Source: Hormiphora californensis (taxonomy: Eukaryota; Animalia; Ctenophora). Taken from it: a stretch of 64,000 nucleotides of DNA. The notes beneath the pieces were generated by a model. The model saw nothing but the letters and a program-made list of their open reading frames with translations, searched no databases and was not told the origin of the DNA. Position numbers and translations under genes: made by a program. Shown one piece after another: positions 10,422-24,672 of this stretch (positions within the stretch are counted from its first letter, which is position 1; every line of letters begins with the position of its first letter). The stretch lies in contig CM035360.1 of the NCBI GenBank assembly GCA_020137815.1, forward strand, positions 5,952,001-6,016,000, written 5' to 3'.

Positions 10422-13400
10422 ATGATTCTATATGTGACTAAAGACTGTGACGAATCTCTTGCTTTACTTGTCCTAAGCAAGCTCAGCGGATCAAAGGCCG
10501 AAGTAAAGGTGGTACCATCGGACTTCAAAGTTGTTTCTTATCTGAAATCCACAAAACAAGTTCCCTCGATTCTCCTTGATTCGGGAGATCTACTCTTCAC
10601 ATTTGAGGCGATAGTACTATACCTGTCAGACTCAGTATCTCCCTATCTGCTGTCGACTCCCTCCATTGAAGAGCTAAACCGATATATCCCCTCTCGTTCT
10701 CTATTTGGTGAGAATGAAACCCTGAGCCCTACCGACATGGTACTTTGGACAAAACTTGGCGGTGCTCTTCGCTCCTGCAAAGCTTCTGGTGCGTTCTACA
10801 GTCAATGTCCACGTGTTGCTTTTTGGTTTGAGAAAGTTTCCGGTGATGCCAGTGTGACGGCAGCCATTAAACAACTGGGATATGTACCACCAAAAAATGC
10901 TCCAGTCAAACCCGCAACAACAGAGAGCAAGGCCCAAGGTAAACAGCAACAGCAAAAACCACAAAAGCAGCAACAGCAGAAAAAAGAAGCAAAGAAACCG
11001 GTAGCAGATGCAGTGGAAAACTTTCTTCAACAGATGGTAACTGCTGAACAGAAAAGTGCAGGTCTAAAGAAATGGACGGAAGGTTATCCTACTGGGAATG
11101 TCTCACGCCAGGAGGTCCATCCAAAAGTACCCATCCCGGGTCAAAAGAATAACTTGATCACCAGTGCTCTACCCTACGTGAACAACGTCCCCCATCTGGG
11201 TAATATTATTGGAGCGGTCCTCAGTGGGGACTGTTACGCGAGATACTGTCGGCTAAAGGGTGAGAACACCCTGTACATCTGTGGAACAGACGAGTATGGG
11301 ACTGCGACAGAAACCAAAGCCCTGGCGGAGGGTTTGACACCCAAGCAGATTTGTGATAAATACAACCAACTTCACGCACAGGTTTACCAATGGTTCAACA
11401 TTAGTTTCGATTACTTTGGCCGAACAACGACGTCTCAACAAACTGAAATTGCCCAGGACATTTTCTGGAAGGTCCACAATAACGGATTTACAGTGGAACA
11501 AACAGTGGAACAACTGTACTGTAACGCCTGTAAAAAGTTCCTGGCGGACAGGTTTGTGGAGGGCACGTGTCCGTTTTGTGGATATGAGGATGCTCGAGGA
11601 GACCAGTGTGACAAGTGTAGTAAGCTGATAAACCCAGTGGAACTCAAGGATCCGAAATGTAAGGTGTGTTCTGCGTCACCCACGGTGAAAACATCCAAAC
11701 ACATGTTCCTGGATTTACCTAAACTTGAGGAGAAGATTGCCGAGCTGAGCCGAGAAAGGGAGTCAAGTAAATCATACAACCCCACCGCTTGTGCGATCAC
11801 CAACTCCTGGTTGAAAACCGGCCTGAAACCTCGGTGCATTACCCGGGACCTGAAATGGGGGACACCAGTTCCCCATCCTGAGTTTAAAGACAAGGTGTTC
11901 TATGTCTGGTTTGATGCCCCCATTGGGTACATCTCCATCACTGCTAATTACATGAAGGACTGGGAGTTGTGGTGGAAAAACCCGGAGCAGGTCACCCTGA
12001 CGCAGTTCATGGCAAAGGATAACGTACCCTTCCATACGGTTAGTGTTGTTGGTTTGGGATGAGATGAGATTGTGATCAGTACACATCTCCAAGTCTCACT
12101 TCTATTCAGATAATGACGAATGTCTCAACTAATCTTTAGTCTTGTGTTGTTTCTCCAATGTATGAGTTAATAGGGGATACTAATTCAGTACATACCAGTG
12201 AGATTACTACTAGAAAGAGAGGACACACACACAATATTTTATTTACCTACCCCCCCCCCCCCAATCATCAGGTGGTGTTCCCGGCCTCTCTCATAGCGGC
12301 CCAGGACAATTACACTATGGTTAATGTACTGGATGGTATTGAGTACCTGCAATACGAGGGCATGAAGTTCTCTAAGAGCCGGGGAACAGGTGTATTTGGA
12401 GACCAGTGTATTGAGACCAATATACCCTGTGATATTTTCAGGTAGAGTAGCTGATATCTTCAGGGTCGCTGGTTTTTATGATGATGATGTTTTGTTGCAC
12501 GTCAGTTGGCTGTTGGTTAACTAAGTTTGGGTAGCTAGAGCTTTGACTTATTGGGTGTATTGGGTGTAGAATTCAGTGTCCTTCGGAAACTAATCATGTA
12601 ATAATTAACACTGTATCTCCCTTGTTTCATAGGTGTTATCCTGCTGCTAAACCGACCAGAGACAAGTGACACTAACTTCACCTGGGATGGCCTAGGCCCA
12701 GACAAACAACAATATCCTCCTAAACAACTTAGGAAACTTCACTCTTCGGGCCCTGACATTCTGCAGGAACTCCTTCGGCTCTGAAATCTCAAAGATATCC
12801 CTCAACTCAGAGGATGAGCACTTTATTGCTCTTGTTAACACCCACCTTGCAGCATACTACAAGCACTTTGAGGCGAGGTTGTTCAGTCGGGCCTTTGAGA
12901 GCGTGTTCTCCATCTCGAAGATTGGTAACCAATACCTCCAGTACAACCAGCCCTGGGTGCTGGCCAAGGGAAATGAGGTTGACAAGGCTAGGGCTGGATC
13001 TGTTATTGCACTAGCTAGTAATCTTGCTGCCCTACTCTCAGTCACCCTCTCCCCCTTCATGCCAACCATTTCGAAGATCCTCCAAGAGCAGCTGGCCCTC
13101 CCTGAGGACAGAAAACAGTTCACTGACACCTTTGTGCCACTTCCTAAAGATCAGGCCATAAGATCGGTACACCCTTCCCACTATTTAGCAAGATTGAAGA
13201 TGCCAGAGTAGCTGAATTGAGGTCCAAGTTTTGTGGCTCTGATGGTTCTGCTGCCCCCGCCACTACTCCTGGAGATATCGCAGCCCTTCAAGCTGAGATA
13301 GAGAAACAGGGAGGGAAGGTCCGCGAGTTGAAGGCAGCTAAAGCGGATCCTGCAGCTATCAAAGCTGAGGTTGCTAAGTTGTTGGAACTGAAGAAACAAC

Positions 13401-13724
13401 TCCCAGCTGAGCTACAGCAGCCTGCCCCTAGTAATAAGAACAAGAAGAAATCACCACCTGCTGCTACAGAAGAAGGGACCATCACCACCTGCTGGACAAA
13501 AGAATAATCCCACACCCGCCACGACACCAGCACCTGTGTCAGCTGATGTTGCAGCTTTACAGAAGGAAATAGAGGTACAGGGGCTGAAAGTCCGGGAGTT
13601 AAAGGCAGCGAAGGCTGATAAAGCAACCATTGATGCTGAAGTGAAGGTGTTGTTAGCGCTGAAGGGTAAACTCCCTGCCGAGCTACAACAACAGCCAGGA
13701 GGAAAGAAGGGGAAGAAGAAGTAG
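10422..13724 (+). CDS. MARS1: Cytoplasmic methionyl-tRNA synthetase (GST-like N-terminus, catalytic and anticodon domains, two WHEP domains); apparent frameshifts in the last exon
   Basis: [16 protein letters not shown] (HIGH), CGTDEYG, zinc knuckles, [20 protein letters not shown] (KMSKS), two [16 protein letters not shown] repeats. Exons ~10422-12038, 12272-12441, 12633-13724. Confidence 0.97.
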
Positions 13725-13943
13725 TGTGTGACGTAATATAGTTCATTAGGTGCATTCATGGTTTTAGTTTAACTTATATCTTCATTTTCTTTTTTCATTT
13801 CATGTGTTTTATTTCTTGCCAAGAAGAACTTTTGAGTTAGTTGATGCTATCTCAACAGTTGATGTCCTTAACCTAGTGCCCTAAATCCCCCCATTAATTC
13901 CCTTTCTATCTCTCTATATCTCTCTCTCTCTCTCTCTGTAGCA

Positions 13944-16753
13944 ATGTCAGGGTGTACAGTAGACTTCCCATTGTACGGTGTGGTGGATGTTGATACAGCC
14001 CGGGTTGCAATATGTGGAGGGGGAGGTCCAGTTAAATCAGGGGTGCCCAATATTGTGGTAAGTGGAAATATTAACGCACATGTTAATAGGCTAGGTGTAC
14101 CCTAACCCAGTAATCGGGACAGACCTAGCCTTTATCATTTCTTTTGAAACAGATACATATTGCATTGTTCAAACATTTAATTTGGAGACGGAGGCAACGA
14201 GCGAGAGAGTGAACAATACAAGTTTTAGATTAGCTATTATAACACAAATCAAGAGAGAAAAACATAACATAGGACTAGGTTTTCTGGAGCTAAGCCAAAG
14301 AAGAATAAGGAGAGTCCCGCTCCTACTACTTATCACTAAGAATTATCTCTTAACGGGACCTAACTCTCTTGTATACCCATCCTCTTATAATACACCATTT
14401 ATTCTTTCAATCACATGCATACTAACGGGCCCAATAAAAGTATTCCTTTTCAGTCTCCTCCTTCCCAACTTTCTCCCAATTTTCCCCTCAATTTTCTAAA
14501 AACAGTTCTCCCTGCAGGAAGTGTACAATATCAGGGGAAAGGGGATGGACCTCAAGTACAGATATGACTGTGATCGTGTTGCTCCTACGTGTATTGCTGC
14601 TCACCCTGCTGATCCCATCCTGGCGGTGGGTGTCGATAATATCCTCCTTATTCTTGAGGTAATTACTTGCTCGACCCTCTTTCCGTGTGCTCCGGAGGGT
14701 TAGAACGTAACAAGTACATAGAACTTAGTAATCACCAATAATACTATATAATACGTCAAGATGAAATAGAGAGACAATAATCCAAATGAACCCCAATTAT
14801 GACATCCTCTCTCCCCTTCTCAGATGGAGAAACATAGCCAGACCCTTACCAAAGAGATACCATCACTAAAGAAGGTGTTAGAGAGAGAAGTTGTAAAGAC
14901 AACCGAGAAGGGAGGTGAGATTATAAAGGCCATATCATACTGCTGTTATGGAGAGAAGTTGGTGACGGTAGGAGAGGACAAGGCTGTTACCATCTGGGAG
15001 GTATTAACTGTTCCTGTTTTAACTTGCATTTGTGAACACATGCTTGTCTTTGTTTGTTTGTTTGTCTGTTTGTGTTAAGTCATGTAGGATGTAGGATATA
15101 AGCGCAAACACATCCCTTTGTTACATTGTTCTGGGTGTGTAGTAAAATTGAAACAATGGATTCCACATAATAATAGTGTTCCCCGCGAGGGCTGTTCCTT
15201 GCTATCTCTTATCTTTCCAATTGAAAGAGGAAAGTAACACACCATTCTCCATTCTCACAGCCACAATTATTGATTCGAACATGCATATCATCCCCTCCAG
15301 TTCGCAGTTCGTGCCTAACCAGTATCCCCCCACCCCCAGTCCCCACATACCCCCTCAGTAAGTAGCATCCTAACCACCAACCCCCCGTTCCCCCAGTTCC
15401 CCAGTATGGTTAAAAGATGGCGGATAACGCACCACTTGAGTGAGGTGACCCAGATCACATCTCATCCCAATGGAGAACCTGAAATCGTCACCTCTACACG
15501 GGGTAGGTTCCCCATTTGGGGCGAGTTACTACAGTCTACACTGGTAGTAAACTGTTTAAATCTTCAGTGAATTTTGTGTGAAAAGGACGGTATTATCATC
15601 ACCAACTAATCAAATGAATACCGAAAACGTGAAATCAATGGATTGATTAATAACCATTTAAAACACACCTTTCTTTAGGTCCGAGTTGTTAATGACAAAA
15701 TACACCTTTCATTAGGTTCAGAGTGTATTGTATGGGATGTAGAGACTGGACAGAAAGTTAGGCAGCTTCAATTTACACGAGGACAAGAGGGTGTCAAATA
15801 CAGGTTCCGTAACATCAGGTAGGTTGACTAATGGTTAATCCATGGCGTTGATATATGGTAACTACTCCCCTCCATTTTAATCAGCACCAATTAATTTATT
15901 TACCAGTTAACTAATTAGTCCTGTCTAGGTACGGTGGTACAGGTGACTCATTCTACGCGGTCATCCTGCCCGTAATCTGGACTAAACAGTGCACATCCCA
16001 CGTTGTCAAGTACAGTACAGGGGCCTCCTGGGAGGTGGTCAGAGAGGCACGGATGAGGGGGGAGCCGTTAGCAGAACTTGCAGTTTCACCTGATGATACT
16101 CTGCTGGCTACAGCTAGTTCTAATGGGCACGTGTTTGTGTATGATACCTTCTCAATGGGGGTAAGTTGTGTAACTATTGGAGGTTTCAGTGGTGGCGCAG
16201 TCACCTCTTTTCGCGGGCCTCGTTTTGCCGCGCTACATGCGGGAGTTGTAAGGGTGACTGGGTCACCAAGGAGGTTTGAGTGGTGTTGTATTTGGGAGTT
16301 AGACGAAATCTCTGCATTCTAGATATTCGTGTTTTTGTCAACCCTGTCAGAGCATTGTCCTGACCCTTTTCTCATTTCTTTCAAATAAGCGAAGCGCACG
16401 AGAACTGTGTTCAGATCATTGGCCTGACAGTTTCAACCTATATCTTTGAATTCCTTTATCAATGCTTATTCCCCCCCTTCCAGTTAAGAAGATGCATAAT
16501 GGACGCACATGGTTTGTTCGTGACAGGTCTATCCTTCATGCCCACTGAACAGCCGGGCCAGTTTAAACTGCTGAGTATCAGTGCAGACAGACAGGTCAAG
16601 GTCCATAACCCACACCTAGCGGATCCCGCACGGTATTTCAAGGCACTCGCTGTCGTCTTGCTGTTTATCGGTAGGTTATTTAACACTTTTATAATTGTAT
16701 AGACCATTGACCGTATGGATATATGTCGTATGGATGATATTCTGTTCTCTCTC

Positions 16754-16799
<46 letters not shown>

Positions 16800-16957
16800 T
16801 CGCCGGCTGTTACATTCCCCCTCCCACAGGTCTATGCTACATGATATTCTGCATACTCAACTCGTTTGATTTGCTGCCCCATATTAACGACTTTGACAGT
16901 GAGCCTGAACCTGGTACCCCAGAGCATCACCATCATCACCACCATAACGAGTTATAG
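13944..16957 (+). CDS. PREB: SEC12/PREB, WD40 Sar1 guanine nucleotide exchange factor
   Basis: N-terminus VDFPLYGV..ICGGGGPVKSGVPN (K-loop), YRFR, AHGLFVTGLSF..LLSISADRQVK, C-terminal TM helix. Exons ~13944-14057, 14518-14658, 14824-15000, 15404-15502, 15716-15818, 15930-16160, 16484-16670, 16830-16957. Confidence 0.9.
16191..16267. mobile_element. Family C short TIR element
   Basis: ggtggcgcagtcacc...ttcgcgggcctcgt...ggtgactgggtcacc; flanks ttggaggtttcagt / aaggaggtttgagt. Confidence 0.55.
16344..16430. mobile_element. Family A short TIR element
   Basis: Homologous to 744-817; flanks tgtcaacc / tttcaacc. Confidence 0.75.
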
Positions 16958-17431
16958 AGAGGGCTGGCATGTTTCTTAGTTTGGAGTAGGTCGTGAAACA
17001 AGGATTGGTATGTTGCAGTTGTTTTATAGTTAGACGATGGGTAGAAGATTGATAAACAAAGAGGCGCAGAGAAATAGTATTTGAAGTGTTGAAAAGGAAA
17101 TGTTATGTGACTTTGTAAATCATATAGTGATAACAGAACAGCTTAAACGAGCGTTACAGAGAAAGAGAGATACAGAGAGTTACAGAGAAAGAGAGATACA
17201 GAGAGATGCAGAGAGCTAGAGAGAAAGAAAGATACATGGAGAGAGAAAGAGCGATACAGAGAAAGAAAGAGAGATACAGAGAAAGAGAAAAATTCACTGT
17301 CTTTTATTTTGTAGCAGGGTAGCTTAAAAAAGTGAGCACAAAATTATGTGTGATTATTTTCATCTGCTGTAAGTGTTGTTTTTGAGTGACCGGAATTAAT
17401 TTCTCAATTGATTGTTAACTCCTGACTGATT

Positions 17432-17511
17432 CAGTCAGACCTCGATTTACCGGGGCCCAATTTACCGGATAACCATTTCCCCCGAGCATTCCGGTAAATC
17501 GGGGTCTGACT
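17432..17511. mobile_element. Short Tc1/mariner(pogo)-type MITE
   Basis: TIR cagtcagacctcgatttaccgg / ccggtaaatcggggtctgact, related to the ends of 21679-22533. Confidence 0.65.
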
Positions 17512-17782
17512 ATATAATATTCGGTCTTGGGGCATGCAGTATGTTTAGTGATAGATATAATTTATTTCAGACATTTTGTGCAGTGTGATGATTTATGGTA
17601 TAAAGTAAAATATTTTGTTTGGCAGTTCCCTTTTGTTTCTCATTGCAATATCAATATAGAGAGTTCTGTAATAACCCCCCAACGAACCCGATCCCCCTGT
17701 TTCTCCGTTCATATTATTTACCCCTGACCTGGAAATCTTAATGTATTTCCCAAACTAACTACCACTAACCCTAGTAGTTGCA

Positions 17783-19421
17783 ATGACAGTAAACACGATA
17801 CCAGACCTCCCTGAGTTTTATGATTGTCTCAGCTCTCTCTCCACATCTACCAAAGGTAATAGCAGCTGTGTTTGCACTTTATTGAGCTAGAAAACAAGAT
17901 GCTTTATTGTGGCCAAACGGCCAACAAAACGATTTATAACAGCATCTTGATCGCTGGTATGTAGTATTTATTCATTTATTGGTTTTCTCTGTCCCTCTTA
18001 TTAAATAACAATTAAATGTTAGTTTGACCATCAAACCTCTTTTCTCAGAGTTCTCTGAAGCTGTTGGGAAAGTAAAGAACATGCTGACATCTGAGTCCCA
18101 TGATACTACCCCTGGGATATCCCTGTTGGACCTGAAAAACCAGACAGTCCTCGATTATCTGATATCACTGGTAATTGCTAACATGCATAATGGGTCTAGA
18201 TAGTATTACAATCTCTTGGTAAACCAAGAAGTTTAACCATCTTACCTTACATTACTATAAACCTTACTATAAACTATAAACTTTTATCATCACTCTGAGT
18301 ACATCTGATAACTTACTATGTATCCCATTGTAGGTAACACTAATGTTAAGAAGGGCTGAAGGAAAGGGAGATATTGAAGATGTAAGGTGGTCCTCCATAG
18401 TCAATAGGACAGTTCTGGAGAGAATCAGACCGTTAGAGAACAAGCTACAGTATCAGGTAAAACATCGGCAGTGCCCATAAAATTTCAACTTTTACTCCTA
18501 ACATTTAATTTGGCAAGTCTGATAAATGGATTTCACTCTTATCCATTTCCCTGATAACACCACCCCACCCCAGATAGAAAAGCTACTCCGGGGTCCCACT
18601 GCAAACGGGGATGCTCTAAGCCACAAGCCCTCTGTAGACGATTTGGATAGCAGCGAAGGAGAGGAAGGGGAAGAGGGAGATGGAACATCTGGAGGGGTCT
18701 ACAAGGCACCCAAGATTGCTGCACAACATTACTACTGAACAAGGTATTTGTGGGGAGGATAGTTCCGATGCACTGTGTGTCACAGTTACGACACGTGTTT
18801 CGTCACAATTTCACCCAATTCCCTCTGACCGTGGCTGCCGCGCGGATTCCACGCGCCGAAAGTGCACCATTTCAGCACCACGCTCACCCGTGTTCCCCAT
18901 CCCTAGAAATGCGTGGGAAGAGAGGGAAGGCCTGCTGGAGATGCAAGCTGCCCCGCCCAAGCTGGGTAGGAAGGTGCTTGAGGAGCTGAGGAAGGAGATG
19001 AGTTCAGCTCCTGACGAAGCAGACTTATGGATCATCAGGAAAACAAGACAAGAGGGTCCGAGATCGAACTGCGTAAGTAGAAATTACCGATACGGCAGTT
19101 GATGAGAGTTGTCTTCAGTCAAGACTCTTAGACTCGTTATTACGTTTGTTGATATATCAGCTAATTCTAATTGAAAGGCCTATAATGGTTTCTAACCCCC
19201 CTTTCTTTCACAGATACGAGGAGGAGAACTTCATGAGGATGACACTGAACAGATCGGAACGTAAGAAACCTAGAATGCAGTCAGGTCTGAACAGTATCAT
19301 GGACCTAGAGGATGAGGACATGATGAGAAGTGCAGAACAGGAGAGGAGGGGAGGAAGGAAGAGCGGTGGTGGGAAGAGGGGAGGGAAGAAGGGAGGAAAA
19401 TTCAGGAAGAAGAAGCGATGA
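17783..19421 (+). CDS. NGDN: Neuroguidin / Lcp5 (SSU processome, Sas10/Utp3 family)
   Basis: GISLLDLKNQTVLDYL, RTVLERIRPLENKLQYQIEKLL, GVYKAPKIA, EELRKEMSSAPDE, RYEEENFMRM, basic C-terminus; local frameshifts around 18730-19060. Confidence 0.9.
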
Positions 19422-19578
19422 AATGGATGAGATGGCATTTTAATTAACTTATACACCAACATTTCTTACATTCTTTTATAGCTCTAACTTTATGATTTAT
19501 TGACTATATGTTCTCTATTTCGCTAACTGCCCTCCCCACACCCCCTAACTCACTACTAATTAACCAATTAACCTAGCA

Positions 19579-22500
19579 ATGGAAGAAGACCAGGTCATGA
19601 AGCCACACCTCTCCAAAGTCTGGGGGCTCTCCTCAGATATACCTGACTGCGAGGAGCTCTCCTCCAACAGGCGAGATCCAACTCTCAGACTTTTTGTAAA
19701 CAGGAGTCTAAGTCTGGAGACTATCCAGTATTATGGCTTTGATATGGACTACACCATAGCGGAGTATTGCACACCGTATATGGAGGCAGAAACTGCTAAA
19801 TACGCTTGTAAGTTTTATCAGAATTTAGGTTTGAATAAATCAACGTAAGAAATTTTGAATTTTAATCCTCCCCGGAACTTGCCTGGCTAGACTGTGTTTC
19901 GGGCGCCAAATGTAAAGGGAGGGTTAGAACATAACAACCCGGAACATATTCCAATGACTCTCATTTTGTTCCTTCCTCAGTTGAAAAGCTGGTTGAGCTG
20001 GGTTACCCAAAGGAGCTGAAAGACACCAAATACCTTGATGACTTTGCAGTTAGGGGACTTATATTTGACAAGAAGTTAGGAACTTTTCTAAAACTTGATC
20101 TTCACGGTCTTGTTCTCACCGCATGTAAAGGTACCTTCAAATTATTAGTTTTTAATGCTCTCCCTTCACCCTTGCATCACCTGGAGATCTCACGGGGGAT
20201 CTCACAGAGGTATAACAAGGGAGGCATTGAAAGTTAGATACAGAACGGGTATCTTGTCAATTTTTCATTCGCCCCGTTCTAGGAACACGAAAGTTTACCA
20301 GAAATGAAATCAGGGAGGAGTATCCGACCAAGTTTTGTAAATTGTTTGAAAAGATGGAGAATGGAGACAGCAGATACCTCCAAAATTTTGACACTCTCTT
20401 TGATACACCCAAGGTATGTAAAATATTGAACTATAACGTTCGTCTAAGACACTATGTGTTTCGCTTTGTGCTGGTGGATTAGATAAAATCTAATAAATAT
20501 CAACTAATTAGTTAATTGATTTTTCCTTCTAGATCTTTGTGACAAGTATTTTGATAGATTGGTTGGAGAAGTCACCCCAATACTCCAAATCTGCTGATGG
20601 TTATTTTGATCAGGCCACCAACCTTGAGGTAAGGTGAACCAGTAGAAAACAACTATAAATCCGTCATTTATCAGTTTATTGTCTCCTTATCAAGTCAAGA
20701 ATAGTTGAAGAACATGAGGTTTAAGTTAGCTTTATAAATCCTTGCCTTGTTCGACCCTCCCTCCCCGCACCCCGGTTTGAAAAAAACAAATAAATCACAT
20801 CCCCTAACCGATATATATATCACGGGGGGGGGGGGGGGGGGGGGGGCAACGAATTTTTTATATATTTCCTTAATTTTGGAATTTTTTATATATATATATA
20901 AAAATATATAAAAATATATAAAAATATATAAAAATATATAAAAATATATAAAGTTATATAAATAATATATAAAAATATATAAAAATATATAAAAATATAT
21001 AAAATAAACCCTTTTTTCACCCCTTTTACTTTAAAAAAAGGGGATTATTTCCATCTATTGTTCACTTGAATATGTTTCATAGAGTTAATTTAAGTGTTTG
21101 AGAGGGTGATAGCTGTTTTACATAATTAAGAATGTGTTCAAAAGTGAATTATGCACTGTCAAAAGTAGAACTGGTGAAGAGAGGTTCCGGCCTAATAATA
21201 TCTACCAGTTTTGGTGTGATTTCAATCATTTTTTGTATGTTGATCCGTGCAGATGTACTAGAACTGGTGAAGAGAGGTTGGGATCGCGAAACTAAAAAAC
21301 AAATCATTTTTGACGTCATTTTGACGTCATGACGTTATTGACGCGACGTCACGATGTTACAAACGTCACATTGATGACGGAAAATCATCAGGATTATCTA
21401 GATGAAGATGCTGACCAAGTTTGAGATCAATTGAATGATATTTGATCCCGCTATGGCGAAAAACAGCTTTCTGTTTTCACACTTTCGGCACAATTTTTTA
21501 TATATTTTTATATATTTTTAATATATTTTTATATATTTTTATATATTTTTATATATTCATATGTATTTTTATATATTTTTATATATTTTATTTGTTATGT
21601 TCTAACCCTCCTTTACATTTGTGTTTCGCGGGCGGGGCTCGCGAAACACAGTCTAGCTAGGCAAATATTTTATATATACAGTCGGACCCCGATTTAACGG
21701 CCCCCGATTTAGCGGCACCCCGATTTAACGGCAGGATAAATTTCCCCCAAAAATTTTTTGAAATTTTTTTTGAAATTTTTTGAAACTTTTTTAAAAATTT
21801 TTCATAGGTGTATCAACCACGTCCGAATCGTGTTTCGAATCGGTGCATCTTATTGCATGACTTGCCGGTAATTAGACGGTTCGAAACGAACAGATATGTG
21901 ATCCCCATGAGGCCCATCGAATCGCAATTTTGACACTTGTTAATGTTAAACTGGCTCAATGGGGATCACGTATCAGTTCGTTTCGAACCGTCTAATTAGC
22001 GACACGACGTGCGATAAGATGCACTGATTCGAAACACGATTCGGACGTGGTTGATATACCTTTGAAAAATTTTCATAACTTTTTTTGCAAAATTTTACAG
22101 AATGATTGGCAATGCTTTGATCGGTGCTCCCCAAGATATTTTGAAATTCAAATTCTTCCTCACCCCGCTTAAAGTGCCCCGATTCGGCATGGTATCACGT
22201 ATCGGTTCGTTTCGAACCGTCTAATTAGCAGCAAGACATGCGATAAGATGCACTGATTCGATAAACGATTCGGACGTGGTTAATATAGTACCTTAGAAAT
22301 TTTTATAACTTTTTTTGAAAATTTTGAAAATTATTTTCTTTTTCTAATCAGAAATTATCATAATATGTAAATACATGGACATTGTATTTAACACTTAGAG
22401 GTGTTTTAGATAGCATTTTGGACAAAAATAGGGTTTTATACGCCAAATATGCTCTACCCCGATTTAACGGACACCCCGATTTAACGGACAAAACCCTTTC

Positions 22501-24505
22501 CCCCGAGGGTGCCGTTAAATCGGGGTCCGACTGTATATAAAAAATTATGTTTTTTTTTTCCAAAAAAAAGGTATATAAAATATCTCGACCAAAACGCGGA
22601 GTTTTTACGTCAGCCGACCCGAAACCGGATTAAATTTTGCCACCCGCTGGTCTCAGGGCCTCCAAATATGTCAAAATATGTCTGAATTGTCATTTGGGGT
22701 CATTTAGACCTTTTAATTACATGTAATTACCCTTCAATTACATGTAATTACATTTTAATTACATGTAATTACTTCCAATTACATTCCAATTACTTCAGCA
22801 CCTCGAGAGCTTTCGAACGCACCCTAGAACACCTTTCTACTCCTTCTAATTGCCGAGTTCTGTATACCCCTTATTTTGACTGTTTTTCGCGTCCTACCCC
22901 TTATAGGTTTGGGCACACCCATCGCCACACCCCCTATACGTCGCGGGACCTCGAGACCTTTCCAACGAGCCATAGAACACCTCTCTACTACTTCAGGGGG
23001 CTTCAAAACTTTCACTCTAAAAATATCTATGGTTTTATGGTTTATGGTTATGGTTATGGTTATGGTTTTTTTTTCATCTGGTATTAAGGGCCTGTCGGCT
23101 CGGCCCCGTTGTTTTAGTTTTAGGGGGGATGTTTTAGGGGGGATGGGTTGAGTTTGGGTTATATTCGGGTCGGGGGGCCTTGCCAGGCCCCGAATATAAA
23201 AATATATAAAAAATGAGCGTTGGCCCCCCCCCCCTATATCACCCTATCTCCAGATCACCTACTGTACGGTATGGTCTGATGTGCGGCATGTATTTGAGAT
23301 GATTCACGGCCGGGGCCCTCTTCATAAAAACATCATGTCTCATCCGGAGCAGTTTATCAATAAGAACCCCCTGCTACCCAAGTTCCTTAACTACCTCAAA
23401 GAAAATGGTAAGATGATGTTTATAAAACTAAGAAGGGCCCGTTCCCATGGATACAATTGTTTCCTTGCAGGATGAACCATGGGCCGCGTGTTCGGTGCGG
23501 CTGCCACTACTTTCGGCAGGTCATCCTCCCGACGCAGCAACCACAAACAAACAAAACAACCACCATCCTATCCTCTTTTTCAGACAAGAAAGTGTTCATG
23601 TTAACCAACTCTCCCTTCACCTTCACCAACACTGTCATGAAGCACATACTGGATGATAAATGGCAGGAGTATTTTGATACGGTGGTAGTGAAGGCATGTA
23701 AACCTGCTTTCTTTCAACAGGGCACACCACTCAGGTAACAGATCATCGGGGATGTAGTTTTTATATTTTGTTGAACTATATCAGGGATACACTGGGAATA
23801 CGTGCCATTTTGATTGATAACGAAATTACCTCTCTGATTTAGGGCACTTTTAACTTTTCAAATAAACAGGAAAGGTTCATGAAACACTCTTGAATATAAA
23901 CTCTCTCTCTCTCTAGGCTGATAAACCAGCAAACGGGAGCAGCAAATATAGGTCTCTATAGAAACCCTACCATGGTGAAGGGGGAGATCTACAGCGGGGG
24001 AAACTGTGATCAGTTTTGTCAGGTAAAATCTGTCTGGCGCCGCGACCCATCTGAGCGCACTGAGACCCATCTGAGCGCACTGAGAATCAAATGGGGTATG
24101 GCGCCGCCATACAGGGTAAAATTACCCCTACCACTCACCTGGTTGTGAAAATCACAAAATGCAGATGTGGTTAACTCTTCCAACATGCTGAATATTGTAG
24201 AAACTATACTCGCATGTTCTTCTTAGAACCACACAGTCCACACAGTCTGTGTGTGGACCACACAGAAATATAATTCTCAAACCCCCCTATTATTTTTTAG
24301 ATGACCGGAGCTGAAGGGCCGGATATTCTCTACTTTGGGGATCACATCTACGGAGATGTAGTGAGGTCTAAAAAGACAAACGGGTGGAAAACGTTCCTTG
24401 TCGTTCCTGAGCTGAAACATGAACTCGATGTTTGGACTAGGTATGTTAGAAACTAGGATCGGTCTTTGTCTGTCTTACTGTATCTCTTTCATTATTACTC
24501 ATCTC

Positions 24506-24574
<69 letters not shown>

Positions 24575-24582
24575 CTCTCTCC

Positions 24583-24672
<90 letters not shown>

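Noticed and set aside
12633-13510. Multiple frameshifts in MARS1 (also NGDN, OVCA2, the small TM gene and the GDEL gene) as pseudogenisation or recoding
   Set aside because: They are scattered single-base indels, often in short homopolymers, in essential genes with intact motifs on both sides. Assembly consensus error is the simplest explanation; check against reads.
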